Assembly: GCF_018977255.1 (NCBI RefSeq)
Contig: NW_024704742.1
Span: 81,160,001 to 81,224,000, forward strand
From: Callorhinchus milii
Lineage: Eukaryota
Length of the DNA: 64,000 nt
Direction: 5' to 3'
In this document: positions 12,021 through 25,302 of the stretch, piece by piece
Numbering within the stretch: the stretch's first letter is position 1
Layout: each line of letters starts with the position of its first letter
Position numbers and translations under genes: made by a program
The notes under the pieces: generated by a model
Seen by the model: the letters and a program-made list of their open reading frames with translations, nothing else
Told to the model about the DNA's origin: nothing
Database searches by the model: none

Positions 12021-12472
12021 CTATGCCTCAGCCTGGTTCAATGATAGCACTGCACCACTGAGTCAGAGTTTGTAGGTTCAAGCCCTGCGTTGGGACTTGG
12101 AATCACATAGTCTAAGCTTGAACTCCAATGCAGTGCTGGAGGTGTGTTGCATTGTCAAAAGTGCTGTTCTTCAGATGAGATGTTTAAACTGAGGTCCCGT
12201 CTGCATGTTCAGGTGGATGTTAAAGATCCCATGGCACAATTTCGAAAGAGAAGATAATTTCTCCCAATCTCCTGCCCAATAATTCCCTGAATAAAATTGA
12301 TCATTTGTTCCATGGCTGTTTGTGGAACATTGCTGTGTGCAATTGGACTGCCACATTTTTCCGACAAATACAGAATCATTCCACTTCAGAGTAACTCCTG
12401 TGAAGCACTTTGGGATGTCCACCCAAAGTGAAAGGCATTATACCAAATGCAAGGATTATTATATTATTATTA
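12020..12472 (+). mobile_element. Older Deu-domain SINE, near full length
   Basis: Head with GGTTCAAGCCC, core GCTGTTTGTGGAACATTGCTGTGTGCAATTGG, tail AAATGCAAGGATTATT. Confidence 0.75.
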
Positions 12473-13494
12473 AGTAAATGCCTCCACTTGGCTTACTGGC
12501 AATCAAGTGAGTTTTCCCACTTTTGGCTCTTGCTCATGAGATATATTAAGAGGCATCAAATAAGGCATTTTGCAGAATTGACGGAATGGAGTTCTCTGGA
12601 CTTGGAAACTGACGGTGATGTGTGACTTGGCGTTCTGTGTTTGAGTCATTACACAGAATCTACAGCATTGAAACAGACCATCTAACCCAACTAGTCTGTG
12701 CCGGTGTTTAAAACCAACATGCATCCTTCTCATCAAGAAGGATGAAAGAGAGGAGCCGGGAACTATAGACTCATCAGCTTCACATTGCTAGTGGGCAAAC
12801 TTTTAGAAGCCACAGTATGGCATGTTATAATCACTTAGAGATACAAACACTGAGATTGTGTGAGTCTAGTGTCTTATAAAGAAAGTCGGAAATGTCTTTC
12901 AGAAGAGAATGAGAATTATGTGATCTTAATAAATTGTTGGTAGACACAAAATACATTTATTTAAGCATGAATTGCTTTTTAAGTAAATATATGCATGTAT
13001 GCAAAAAAAAACCCAACATGTTCATTATGCTTGGTTTCCTCATTAGCATGTGTTAATTGGTAAGAAAATGTAATGGGGATGGGGGAGAGGAAGAGTCACT
13101 TGCTATATGAGATTTGTGACAAGACTGACAACTGCATCTCTTGCCGAGATTCCCACAGTTAGTTACTTCTCTCATTGGGGGACAGATGGGAAGGCCTAGG
13201 GGGTTATCGCAATGAAAGCACTTAATTCGACTACAGTGATTACAAGCAGTGACCTCTTTGAATGATAAACTTGAAGTTGAGATGTTGAGAACATTCATCG
13301 GAACCCCCATTGAAACTGCTGTTCTAAATTCACTCACATGTGTCTCCCTAGTTAGTTAACTGTTTATTTTGAGGTGAGACTTTGTGGTCATTTAAGGCGA
13401 GTGTTGTTGATGTTGACACATGTTTGCATTCTTTTTCTTCACTTTTATAAGTTCCCAGTTTGCACATTCTGTTGCCCTGAAAAAAATTATGCAC

Positions 13495-14597
13495 ATAAGA
13501 TCAACATTAAGTTGGGGGATCTGTGGAATCAGAGGAGACACCAAAGGTCATACAAAGAGAGCTTGATAGGGAATGCAAATAATAATAATAATAATCATCC
13601 TTGCATTTGATATAGCGCTTTTCACGTCGGGAGGACGTCCCAAAGCGCTTCACAGAATGGACTGTAAAGTGAATTGACTGTATATTTGTGGGCGAACGCG
13701 GCAGCCAATTGCGCACAGCAATGTCCCACAAACAGTCGTAGATTGAAAATGACCAATTTATTATTGTTTTGTTTTGGAGGGATTATTATTAGGCGTGTGG
13801 AGTAAGGAAACTTGCCCAAGGTTTCGCCCTGCCTGGAATTGAACTCAGGTCTCTCGCTTGCAAAGCGAGTGCTCTAACCACTGAGCTACAGGACTCCAAA
13901 TAGGTCGATAACTGGTGAATGAAGTTTAATTTTGATAAATGCAAGGTACTATATACAGGAAGTAAAGTTATTAGGCACTCCATGAAACTTCAAACTAAAA
14001 GAGATCTGGGCATGTTGTTTGACTAATTGTCATTTTACCATGTGTCAGGCAGCAATAAATAAAGCAAAGAGGATGTACGGCGATATTGCGAAGTCAGATG
14101 AGTTCAGATTCACAGGAATCATATATGTAGTAGAGTTTTGCATACAATTCTAGTTACTGTGACAAGGGAGCTCCCAGGCCCTCGAGGTAGTGCACAGGAC
14201 AACAACAAAGGTGATTCCCCAAGTTAAAAGTTAGCAGTTAGACAAATCAGGGCTCTTCAGCCTTGAAAAGAGATATTTTGAAAAGAGTGGTTTTCAATGG
14301 GATTGAGATAGTAAACTCCAAACAGTGTTTTCAGATATGCTAAAGTAGCAGAACAAGAGCATACAGTTTCAACGTAGCAACGGGGGATTTTCAGACATAC
14401 ATCAGGAAGCATTTCTTTACACAGAGGTAAAAAATAATGACTAGAACAGGTTATCAGGAAGGGTGTTTAAGGCCAGCCCTCATGTAAGAAACACTTCAAT
14501 GCTATAGTGGGAAGATGGTAGGTTGTGTGTTCTGGAGGAATGAGATCAAATGAGCTGAAGAGCCTTCTTCATCCAAATCTCTCTTGTGATCTTGTGA
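13495..14597 (+). mobile_element. Degenerate CR1 LINE 3' half, interrupted by a young SINE and ending just upstream of a PALM2 acceptor
   Basis: CR1 RT remnants (MKFNxDKCKV-like, RKHFFTQRV-like); tail TGAGATCAAATGAGCTGAAGAGCCTTCTTC...(CTTGTGAT)2 similar to 41875-41925. Confidence 0.7.
13578..13897 (-). mobile_element. Young tRNA(Ala)-derived SINE, full length
   Basis: Intact head, core, 3' stem-loop and tail; possible short TSD CAAATA. Confidence 0.93.
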
Positions 14598-14756
<159 letters not shown>

Positions 14757-15129
14757 TGATACACAATGCAGTAAGTCTTCAAAGTGGCAATGCACTGACA
14801 CAATTTCTGTTTCAAAAGCCACGCAGAGATTTTGGTTTGCATGTTGATTAACTGAAAGTGTTGACACTACTCAGAAAGTACTTCATGCAATCACGTCCAA
14901 TCCTTAGCCCAAAAAATATACACAATCAAACCACCCCACTATCTTCCCATCACAGCATCAAGCTAGCTTTTTTAATGAGCCCAGTGTCCTGGCCCAAACC
15001 ATCCTTCTTGGCAACAGGTTCTAGCTGTTAATTACATTCTGGGTAAACAAATACTTGTTGGTGTCTACCTGCTGAAGGAGGGACAGGGACTCTTCCAACT
15101 CAGCTCCCCTTAACTCTGCAAGCCAAAGT

Positions 15130-16180
15130 CCGAACATGTAGGATGGTCCTAACTGGACAAGCAGTGTAAAAGCTTGCCAGGTAGTGCTCGGAATGGCAAG
15201 CTATGCAGAAGTTCGCAGAAGTAGAGTGGGGCAAGACCGTGGAGGAATTTAATAGTGAGGATGAGGATTTTGAACTCAATCCTCTGCGGAATGGGAAGCC
15301 AAGATCTGGGCAAGGATGAGGCTCATGGAACCTGGTGCGGGAGAGGACATGAGCTGCAGAGTTCTGGATGGTCTGAATCTGGTGGAGGGAAGAACTGGAT
15401 CTTCTTGTCCAGTATAAGTCCAGTAAGGAGCGAGTTGAGGTATTCTAGCCTGGATGTGATGAAAGCATAGATAAGGATCTCAGTGGCTCGAGGGGAGAGG
15501 TAATAGCAGAGGTGAGCAATGTTGTGGAGGTAGGAAAAAGATTAATGTGTCAGGGTATGGATGTGAGGTTTATAGGACAATTGAGGGTTGAACAAGACAC
15601 CATGGTTCTGTACTGGTTTCATGAGGTGGATAGTGCATCCATGTAGATTGATGCTGTCAGCACCTGAAGCGAGAAGTTGCTGACAGGAGCCAAGCAGAAG
15701 AGCCAATCTTTTGTTGACATTCAACTGGAGAAAGTTGGCTCTCATCCACGTCTGACAGGCAATCGGTCAGAAAAGCAAAGGTGCTTGAATCAAGGTTGGT
15801 GGCAGAGAGATGTGGATGTCATCCACATACATATGGAAGTTAACCCATATCTGCGGATAACATCACCGAGTGGAAGCATTTAGATATTAAAGAAGAGAGG
15901 ACCCAGGATAAAGCACTAAGGAATGCTGCATGTGACAGCGTGGTGGTGAGACGGATACCATAAGCTGATATGAAGTGGAGTTGTTGGCTTAGTTAAGAAT
16001 AAAGTGAGGCAGCGACAGAATCATGAAGGTGAAGCTGAAAGGACAGGCAGTGGAGAAGATAGAATGGTCGACAGTGTCGAAGGAGGCAGAGAGAACCCTA
16101 CACACCGATGGAAAGAATGTCATTGTGACTTTGTCCAGAGCAGTCTCGGTTTGGAGGAGTTCCTGTACAAGTTGAACCTG
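15130..16180 (-). mobile_element. L2 LINE RT-region fragment, degenerate
   Basis: Minus-strand LSASFDTVDH and MRANFLQLN motifs, frameshifted. Confidence 0.85.
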
Positions 16181-16230
16181 GACCATTCTATGGTGTAGCA
16201 CAAACCATTATTTACTATTGATTTTGATGA

Positions 16231-16470
16231 CCGGGCAGGGCGAAACCTTGGGTATGTTTCCTTCCTCCAGACGCCTGATAATAATCGCTCAAGAAAAAAA
16301 ACCAATAATGAATTGGTCACTATTTTTGGGACTCTACTGTGTGCAATTGGCTGCCGCGTATCGCCCACAAATATACAGTCAATTCACTTTACAGTATATT
16401 CTGTGAAGCACTTTGAGACGTCTAGAAGACGTGATAAGGCGCTATATCAAACGCAAGGATTATTATTATT
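16231..16470 (+). mobile_element. 5'-truncated tRNA-derived SINE, short variant
   Basis: GGCAGGGCGAAACCTTGGG through core and (TTA)n tail. Confidence 0.88.
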
Positions 16471-18619
16471 TACCATCAATTTTTCAACCTTTCATTATTG
16501 CACTGAAATATGAACACATTTGTACATGTGGGTTAAATTGCAATGAAGTCTCGTATTTTCTGTGGCAGTACAAGACTTTCCGCTGGGCAATATGGGTTTG
16601 AGTTGGATGGTGCCCAACACTCCAGTTTCCTTAATATGACATTTGATCAGTTTAATGGTGGTGAACAGCAAAAGCTTGGAGTTTTATCCGTTTACTACAT
16701 TTTGTTGGGAGTCATTTTCAGACTGTATTTTACATTTCCTACCTCTCTCTCTCTCGAGTTACTATTGTTTCTTTTACATGTTGCCTCCCATAAGTCTGAT
16801 TTGTAACCATCTGAAACAAATGAAAACATTTAGGAAAATACCACAAAACCGTGATACTTAGTTAAGTATAGTGTTGCATCTGGGTCAATGGAAAATAGCC
16901 ATGTACTTGCATTATACATGCCTATTGAACAACAGTGTTTGAGAGGACTCAATCCATACTGCACTCTAATGTAATTACTTTTAACTGAACATAAATTGAT
17001 TTACCTAGGATTTAAGCGGAACATTTTGTGTCTGTGTGTATTTTAGGAATGGAATCCTTCAAATACAATTGTGTAATTGGCCTGTTTTATGTGGACTAAT
17101 TGCATAATAGTTTTTGATTTTGGTCACCATAAAATATGTGCATGGCAAACAGACCATTGGCATTGGCAGTGGTGATGAGGAACAGATCTCTGAGGTGTCT
17201 TATTTCTCCATGTCACTCCACCACATCTAGCCCATTATTTAGCAATTAAGGTGGATATTTGCAACTGATTTTGCTTTTTTTGCATTTTCTCAGCTTTCGG
17301 AAATCACAAATAGCCTTTCGCATCGGGGGGACATCCCAAGGCACTAATTTTACAGATATTATACATAAGACGTCTTTCGATAATTGCAGTTGTTTATATA
17401 GGCATATCAGGGAGACATGGAATCTTTCTAACCTGGAATCTTGCTTATGAGTTTGAAACCTGTGTCTTCTGGTTTTGGTCTTATGGTCTTTGCCTGATTG
17501 CTTCTATCTTTTATTTGCCTCTCAGCACCTATAACCCAGACTCTAGTCTGCTCCTTTTAACCATGGAAAAGATGTCCAGATCTATGAATCTCTCTTTGTA
17601 TTGTAGAGCTCAGAGATCCAGAATCATCATTGGCCTTCTTCTCTGAATTGCGAAGGATCGACTTCAAAATCTTCACAAATTCCTTCACACACTTGCACCT
17701 CCCTACCTCTCTAACCTGCTTGTACCCAACTGCTCTGTTTACCCCTTTGCTCAACTAACACAGTCCTGCTGCACGTACTCGAAATGTATGATTTTTTAAG
17801 ATCAGTTACGAAACACATGACACAAACCAAATCAAAAAGAATGTTGTAAATAAGCAATTTGATACAGAAATAACCAGGTCATTCAACATGCACACAAGCA
17901 TTAAGTAATAGGTTCTTGCTACAGTATTCAGTTGAGTGAATTATAATGGGATTTAGCATGGTGCAAATCTGATCACTTGATTGTACTTTCAAGCTTAGTG
18001 ATTTGACACATACCTTGGGCTGCTTCTTCTGCAGTAGTTTTTCTATGACAATTAGTAACTGAGTCTGAGGACCACTTTAGTTCTTTGTTAGGACAAGAGG
18101 GGTACTCCTAACAGGCTGCCACACATTTGTGTTGCTCTCAGTATTATTACTTGCCATAGAAATGCCATATTCTGGAAGAACTAAATAACAAGCTTGCAGC
18201 TACTTCCATTTTAAAGGATGAATCACAACAAATCGTTCTTCACTTCTGTTTTCTTCTTGTATTTTTGTGTCTGGGATGCAATCTATCTCTCCCTGGAGGG
18301 ATGCAGCCATCTTGCCTAATTCTGGAGAATATTTGCCATAGGTTGGCTCTTGCCAAGGATTGGGGACCCCAGAGTGTACATTGGGTTAAGTGTTGAGTTT
18401 AACCAGCTAAAGCCACATAGCTTTACATTGAAAGAACTGCCTGGCAAGCTTCCTGCTGCTTGTTCAGTAAAGAACACACTACCTGTTAGGACTTTGACTT
18501 GCAAGTTTAACAGAAGTCAAGTAAGATGAATCTCTGCACCCAGTCTGTTCCTTCAAGTCCTGCCGATGAGCCAGGCAGGCCAGACTGGAATCAGGATTGC
18601 CCTGGAATATTGCGGACCC

Positions 18620-19150
18620 GCTTGGCTCAGGAACTGGACCTAGCCTATTTGCCTTGTTTGTTGCTGCCTCACACTGTTTTGACACAGTGAACGATGAGTC
18701 AATTAATCCCCCTAGATCTCTTTCAGCTTTCCTTTTGGCAAGTTCAACACTATCCATTGAGTACTTGTGTTTCCTATTCTTGGATCTATGTGTAGTAGCT
18801 TGCATATATCAGTATTAAACCTAGTTATCAGCCCCTGTGCATTCCTATCAATTTCTCTTTGTGGGCCCTTTCTGCCTCCTCTAATTCCACAGTCCCCCCC
18901 AACTTGATATCATCCTCCACTGGTTCTTTGAATTCAGGTCAATATACTTGAGGAACAGGAGGGGTTCCAGTGCAGATCTCTGAGGGATGCTGCATAATAC
19001 CTGTCCCATTTTAGACCCAGTTCCCCTTACAAAGACCATCTGCTTCCTTCCCTTCAAAATTCAATTTTGAATCCATGTCCATGTCTTGCCCTTGATACCC
19101 TGTGCCCACTGTTTGTGGAGGAGTCTTTCATCAAGTGCTTTGTCAAACGC
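18620..19150 (-). mobile_element. CR1 LINE fragment
   Basis: Minus-strand ERDLGGLIDSSFTVSKQCEAATNKANRLG resembles the CR1 RT C-terminal region. Confidence 0.75.
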
Positions 19151-19552
19151 CTTAAAAAAGATATTTTATATATAGTACACCTTTTGAATAGAATGCCAAG
19201 ATTACTACATCATATGGCTCGCAATCATGCCGATTCTCATCTGTACCTGATGTCCAGACAAATACACTTTCCAACTGCAGGCATTGGATAGTGATCAATA
19301 ATAGGAAACATGACTGATTTATTTCCATTACAATTCATCTCACGCACACAGTTTATCCAGATTCATTGTAATGCTATCAATCTCTTGCACTTGGCAATTG
19401 GCCACACGGCTAGGTGCTATTTTACAATACTGCAAGAATTATCCAGTACATCATCCAGGAGCTTGAGCAGCAGGGAACCCCGAACAGATTCCTATAAAGC
19501 TCATTTATTTCTGTTCCCCAGAGAGAGCTTTATCAACACCTTCTGTTTCCTA

Positions 19553-19684
19553 CAAAACGCTAAATACTGCAGATGTTGGAAATCTGAAACAAAAACAGAA
19601 ATCGCTGGGAACACTCAGCAGGTCAGGCAGCATCTATGGAGAAAAGAAAGTGAGTTAACCGTTTGAGTCCATGTCCCTTCATGT
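19553..19684. mobile_element. Penelope-like element terminal fragment (shark-type)
   Basis: ACTGCAGATGTTGGAAATCTGAAAC...GGTCAGGCAGCATCTATGGAGA...GAGTTAAC; second copy at 62621-62702 plus 63787-63838; family assignment from recalled shark repeats. Confidence 0.6.
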
Positions 19685-19911
19685 TGGGGCATGTTGCGAG
19701 AGAGAGGCTTTTAAGGAACCTCTGTTAGCCCTTAAAACCCTCTCCTTCCTTTCTGTTTCCCATTGTCTGAGCCAGATTTCAAATCAACTAGCTATTTTTT
19801 AAATCAATTAGAGAAGCCTTAATCATTTAAAAGCTCTCAAAGGGGACTAAAATGCAGGATAGTAGCCTATGGTCTAGCCATGTTCGGACCCATACACGAT
19901 TGTTGCTTATA

Positions 19912-20095
19912 CAACAACAACAGCAACAAGATTTCATTTATAGAGCGCCTTTCACGTCGGGAGGATGTCCCAAGGCGCTGGACAGTTGGGTCAGGACCCG
20001 AGCAGGGGGGAAATGGTCAGGGTGAGGGAAGGGAGGGAGCGAGCGAGGAGGGGGTAGAGAGTCGAGAGCGGAGCTGAAGGCACGATCAAAGAGAA
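19912..20095 (-). mobile_element. Young L2 3'-end insertion of about 185 bp with TSD TTATA
   Basis: Near-identical to 56352-56540 and to the reverse complement of 63603-63786; TTATA at 19907-19911 and 20096-20100. Confidence 0.9.
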
Positions 20096-20391
20096 TTATA
20101 GAATTAACCAGTGAAAATGATTCAAGAAACATCTGTATTCCTTATCATTAGTGGTTAATTATGTAACCAAGGGAACTTATATTCAAGTTGCATTCTGGCT
20201 TTCAACCAGCTCAGAACTTGAAATCTCCCTTGTGTGATCTTCAATGTTCAACCTCTATTGGTTACAATGTCTTATCTCTGTGGCATCATCTTGATCTCTT
20301 TCTGTGTACCATGTTTCACCTAAGGGCTCAGTGCTTTGAAATGTTGGTGTCCTTTGGACATCAGGCTTAAGAACTGAATGTTATGACAATA

Positions 20392-20950
20392 GGTGTCAGA
20401 CGGGCTCAGTTATTAGAATTCTTGCCCCATCAGATGATTGTGGTTTCAAGCCCCACATTGGGACTTTGAGCTCACAGTCTAGACTGGCATTCAAATACAG
20501 TACTGGGGAATGTCTTTTTGATGAGACATTAAACTGAAGTCCCGTCTGCCTATTCAGGTGAATCCAATGACATTATTCAGAATGAGAAGCAAGTTTCTTC
20601 AAGTGTTCTGGAGAACAAACCTCCAAATAAATTTCATCTTTCACTTTACGGCTGTTTGTAGAACATTGCTGTGTGCTAATTAGCTGCATTCAGCCACAAA
20701 ATACAGCGTCACTACTGTGAACCACTGAAAAAATGAAAGGCGCTATATCACGTGAAGGATTATTATTCCTGTTCTGTATATACTGCCTTTCACATTGGGA
20801 GGATGACTTGGCAGCCGAGAAGCAGGGAAGGGGAAAGATGATTGAAAGCACAGTCAAAGAGGTACGTTTTGAAATGGACCTCGAAAGAGGAGTTATGCAA
20901 GCCAGAGGGACTCCAGAATGGAGTTCCAGAGAGAGGAAGCAGCATGGCTA
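20392..20950. mobile_element. Old Deu-type SINE (+) followed by an L2 3' fragment (-)
   Basis: Similarity to other copies in the window. Confidence 0.6.
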
Positions 20951-21879
20951 AAAATTCAACTGAGGTTCATTTATATTTTGGACTCTTGTACCTGCCTTTA
21001 TGATGGACTGTGTCATGCCCAGCTTTCTAAACATCACCATGGAGACTGACTTTGGTGGGGGCATGTCCCCTTGATGTGCTAAAATATGTGCTAAATATTG
21101 AAGGCACTGTTTATCGGCCTCTTTGTCACCTTGACTCTATACCAATGCATTCAGAAATAGAATAGACTTCATGTTTTATTTATTTATTCCTTCTGAAAGT
21201 AATTTCACTCTGCAGTACAAACTGACTGTTTCAGCACCAGCCAGGGACTGGCTGAATCTGTGCATTTCAATTCTGACACCGGGGCCTATTCTGCACGTTG
21301 TGATCACAGAATCACCTGCTTGTTAATCATACAATGAAATGGATCAGTTATGATCTCGGAACACCTAATATTAAACATGGTTAGTCCAACCCCACTTTGT
21401 TCCTGGGGTCACTCAGGATTGGCAGGATTTCTGTTTGAATTGTCAAGGTAGATTGCCGTTCTCACCTCACTCTTGCTGTATAAACATCAACGCTGCTTTT
21501 ACATACCACTTTGGCCATTGAGTTGAAACCTTCTCTGGGGGAAATGATAATATTGCACAAGAGTGGCAAATGGACCAGCTCAAGGGTACTCTGGACACAG
21601 CTCTGCACTGATCAGCTGTTGGCTCTGGAGTGAGCTGCTGAATATATAAAAACTCTGATCTGAAGCAAGCTGATCCTTGATGCAGCTGTTTGATTGATAA
21701 GTCATGTCGGTTCAATGAGCAGGTCAGCAACCAGGCATTGGAACTTTATGTAATTTTTTATGCACGGACTTTTCATTCTATTTTGCGTCTTTTTTTTGCT
21801 AATGTTTATGGTGTTCTCGGGGGTGGGTGGGTGGAGGGAGGTGTCAAGATAGGGGGAATAGGAATTTGTTTGAACTATC

Positions 21880-22545
21880 CTTTCTACCCCATATCCATGC
21901 CATGATCCTCTCTGCCTTCCCCCACCTCCGCAATACCGGCTCCACCACTGCCCCTCCCCCCTTCACACTGCCGAAACCCTTTTATCACATCACAACACGA
22001 CTACGCCAACTCTTTGCTTGTCAGTCTTCCCAACTCTTCTCTACAAACTTCACATCCAGAACTCTGCTGCTCATGTCTTCTCCCACACCAGACTCCGTGA
22101 CCCTATCACCCCCACCCTCGCCCGGCTCTACTGGTTCCCCATCTCCCAGAGGATAAAGTTCAAAATCCTCATTCTCGCCTTGAAGGCCCTCCACAGCCTT
22201 GCTCCTTTTTACCTCTGTAACCTGCGAACTGCATATGCTAACCTTGCTACACGTCCCCCACCCGGCCAGCCCTACCATCAGCAGTCAGGCCTTCAGCCTC
22301 TCTGCCCCCACCCTTTGGAACTCCATCCCACAGTTCCTTCGCCTCGCGCTCTCCCTTGCCTCCTTCAAGGCATGCCTCAAGACCCTACTCTTTGACTGCG
22401 CCTTCAAGCACCCTCCTACCTTCTCAGCCATCCACCCACCCTGATCCCAACTCCCTGCTCGGGTCCAAATCCATGACTGTCCAGCACCTTGGGATGACCA
22501 CCTGACGTGAAAAACTCTGTACAAATGTAATTTGTTTTGTTGTTG
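21880..22545 (+). mobile_element. L2 LINE 3' fragment
   Basis: IQNSAAHVFSHTRLRDPITPTLARLYWFPISQRIKFKI and APTLWNSIP, then stem-loop and (TTG) tail. Confidence 0.88.
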
Positions 22546-23875
22546 AAAGAAATTTAAACATAAAGGCTGTATTTAAGAATTTTTCCGATTTCTGGGTGCT
22601 CTGAAATATTGCTTTAGGAAAATAAACTGAAACCGAAGTGGAATTTCTACCCACTGAAGTTCTGAAATGCTGGATTCAGTTGATACCAGACTTGAGATCC
22701 TGCCTTATAAATGAATCCCTCCCAAGTGCCTGTTCCCTCCTGCTCTTTGTTCACATCCACCGTAAGTCATCCGTCTTCGATTGCCCTCTGCACCCAATTT
22801 TGGCTCTCACTCCCAGCTCGGGTGCATAGTGTTAAGTGTTAAGTGGTTCGAGGGGTTCTCTGAACATGAAAGACACTGTCTAAATCTAAGTTATATTGTA
22901 TTTTATATTAGTCTGGAGAATGGAAAACAAATCTCCATCATTCTGCAATACAAGGGTAACTGTATAGCTCAATCACACTGTAGCAATTCACTTCACAGTT
23001 ATTGGTGCTTCATTGTGGATGGCAGTATGCGTCAGCTTGGGACGCTTGGCCTACATAGCTCACGGAGTCCCTTCACATTTGCTCGTGTGCTATGATTAAT
23101 CTACGCAGCCTCAAGTTTTATAAAACCTTGGGAATTGTTCCTAAAAATACATTTCTGTATTTCTGGGCTGAACCCTGAATTCTGCCTAAATTTCCTGTTA
23201 ACAGTTGCTGGTACAGCAATGTTGCAGGACAGAATAATAATAATTATCCTTGCATTTGATATACCACCTTATCATGTCTTCGAGACATCTCAAAACGCTT
23301 CACAGAATATACTGTAAAGTGAATTGACTGTATACTTTGTGGGCGAAAGAACCATAAAATATACAGAGGGAGCAAAAATGACTGTGGAACACTGGTTAAT
23401 TTTTATATACTCGTAAGGGGGTGGGGTGGCAAGCAGCAAAATGTAATTTTACCTCTGCCAAAGAAATTAAAGTGATTGGGTAACATTCACATATAAAACG
23501 TATTGCATGCCAGACACACGTTCTTTCATGCATCAGTTGACAGATTGAGTCAATTGCTGCTGTGGAGTTGGTAGATTCCCATTTATCATTCCTTCTGTTA
23601 GAAGTGAGATGCTTGTCACCCATAAGCGTGAGGTGGTCACGTGGCAGTTTATGCAGATGCATTTAGCTGGGTAGGGTCTGTACGAAAAATCGAGTAAAGA
23701 TTGCTTTGTGATGACAGTCGCAAAAATTATTAATCTGGGAAATGTATGCAAATATTATATTTTGTACAATTCAGAACACAACAAATGGAATTTTACAGTC
23801 AGACTCTGGATTCATTTGATCGTATGTTCTGCACGTTAAAATGTTAACATGCTCTTTCTCTTTTTATCTTCACAG

Positions 23876-23897
23876 AGTCTCTCCAATCCCGATGGAG
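23876..23897 (+). CDS. PALM2: Paralemmin-2 22-nt micro-exon (SLSNPDG plus 1 nt)
   Basis: Long pyrimidine tract ending cacag, GAG/gtgagt donor; phase 0 to 1 exactly links the flanking exons; recalled mammalian counterpart GFSSTDG. Confidence 0.88.
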
Positions 23898-24894
23898 GTG
23901 AGTAGGCAATTTCCTACGGTGTTTCAGACAATGTGTAGGCAGACATTAAAGGAATGCAGTGCAGAGCACTCACTCGCAGTAATGCAGAGGAGAGCACACT
24001 ATTGCTGTATTATAATGCAATTTACATTCATATATCATGCCTTTATGTCGGGAGGATGTTCCAAAGTGCCTAGCAAATCTGACTGGACACCATAGCTGAG
24101 GGTGGGAGTAAAAATAAGTAAAAATGTGGTCAAAGAGCTACTTTTTGAGGCCTCGATCCACCCTACTTTTGTGACCTCCTGCAACCCTACTCCCCCAGCT
24201 ATTCCTCCACTCAGCCTCTGTCATGTCCTCAGCCTGATGCGTCACACCAATGGTGTGTGAGCTTTCAGACATTCTGTGCCCACTCTCTGGAACTCCATCC
24301 TGGAGTCACTCCACCTCGCTCCCACCTTCCCCAGCTGTTAGACTTATCTTTAAATGAAGAAAAGTACACACTATTGCAGCAATGCAACAGAGAGCACACT
24401 ATTGTATTAAATCAAAGGAGAGCACACTATGAAAGTCTAACTTCTGATAATTACAAACCAGCCCTAACTGTGACTTGCGTTATGTGAATATCAGATTCTG
24501 AAATTTGCAGTGAAATTTGTGGCCAGAAAATCCCGAACCAGCAAAGTCCAAAATATAGGTCATTAACAAAAGATGGATGGGAAATGGACTGCAGTTTGCT
24601 AACCATCCTTGTTTATTATTTACTGAGTAATATTGAGTCATTCACAGTTTGTGGGTTTGGTATCACAATTCAGTCCAACGTGCAATATTTGCAAAAGGAG
24701 AGAGAAGCCTTAATCTGAGATTGAATACCTCCATGGCCTCGACCCATCTTACTTTTGCGACCTCCTGCAACCCTGCTGCTCTGGCTAATCCTCCACTCAG
24801 CCTGTTTGATGTCCCTGCCCGATGAGCCTTCCGTCACCTTTCCCTTCTCCCACTCACCTCAGCTTCCCCTCTGTTCAATTTTCTGTATCTGCCT

Positions 24895-25302
24895 GTCTTA
24901 GTTGGCATCACTCTTGCCTCTGAGTAAGGTTATGGGTTCAAGACCCACGTCGGGACTTGTAACCCATGTAGTCTATCCTGGACATGCAGTACTTAGGCAT
25001 GCTTTATTGTTGGAGGTGCCGTCCTTTGGATGAGATATTAAATCGGGGTCCCAACTACTGTTTAAATGATCCCATCTCACTATTAAAAAAGAGAAGGGAG
25101 TTTCTCCTGGTGTCCTGGCCAACAATCCCCTAGATAAAATTGTTAATTCAATTCATGGCTGTTAGTGGGACATTGCTATGCGCAACTAGCTGCTACATTC
25201 TCCCATAAAGTACACAGTCACTCCACTTTACAATAGATCTTGTGAAGCGCTTTGAGATGTCCTCCTGACATCAAATCACAATAGCAAATGTAAAGATTAT
25301 TA
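24895..25302 (+). mobile_element. Older Deu-domain SINE
   Basis: Similar to 3505-3975 and 12020-12470. Confidence 0.72.
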
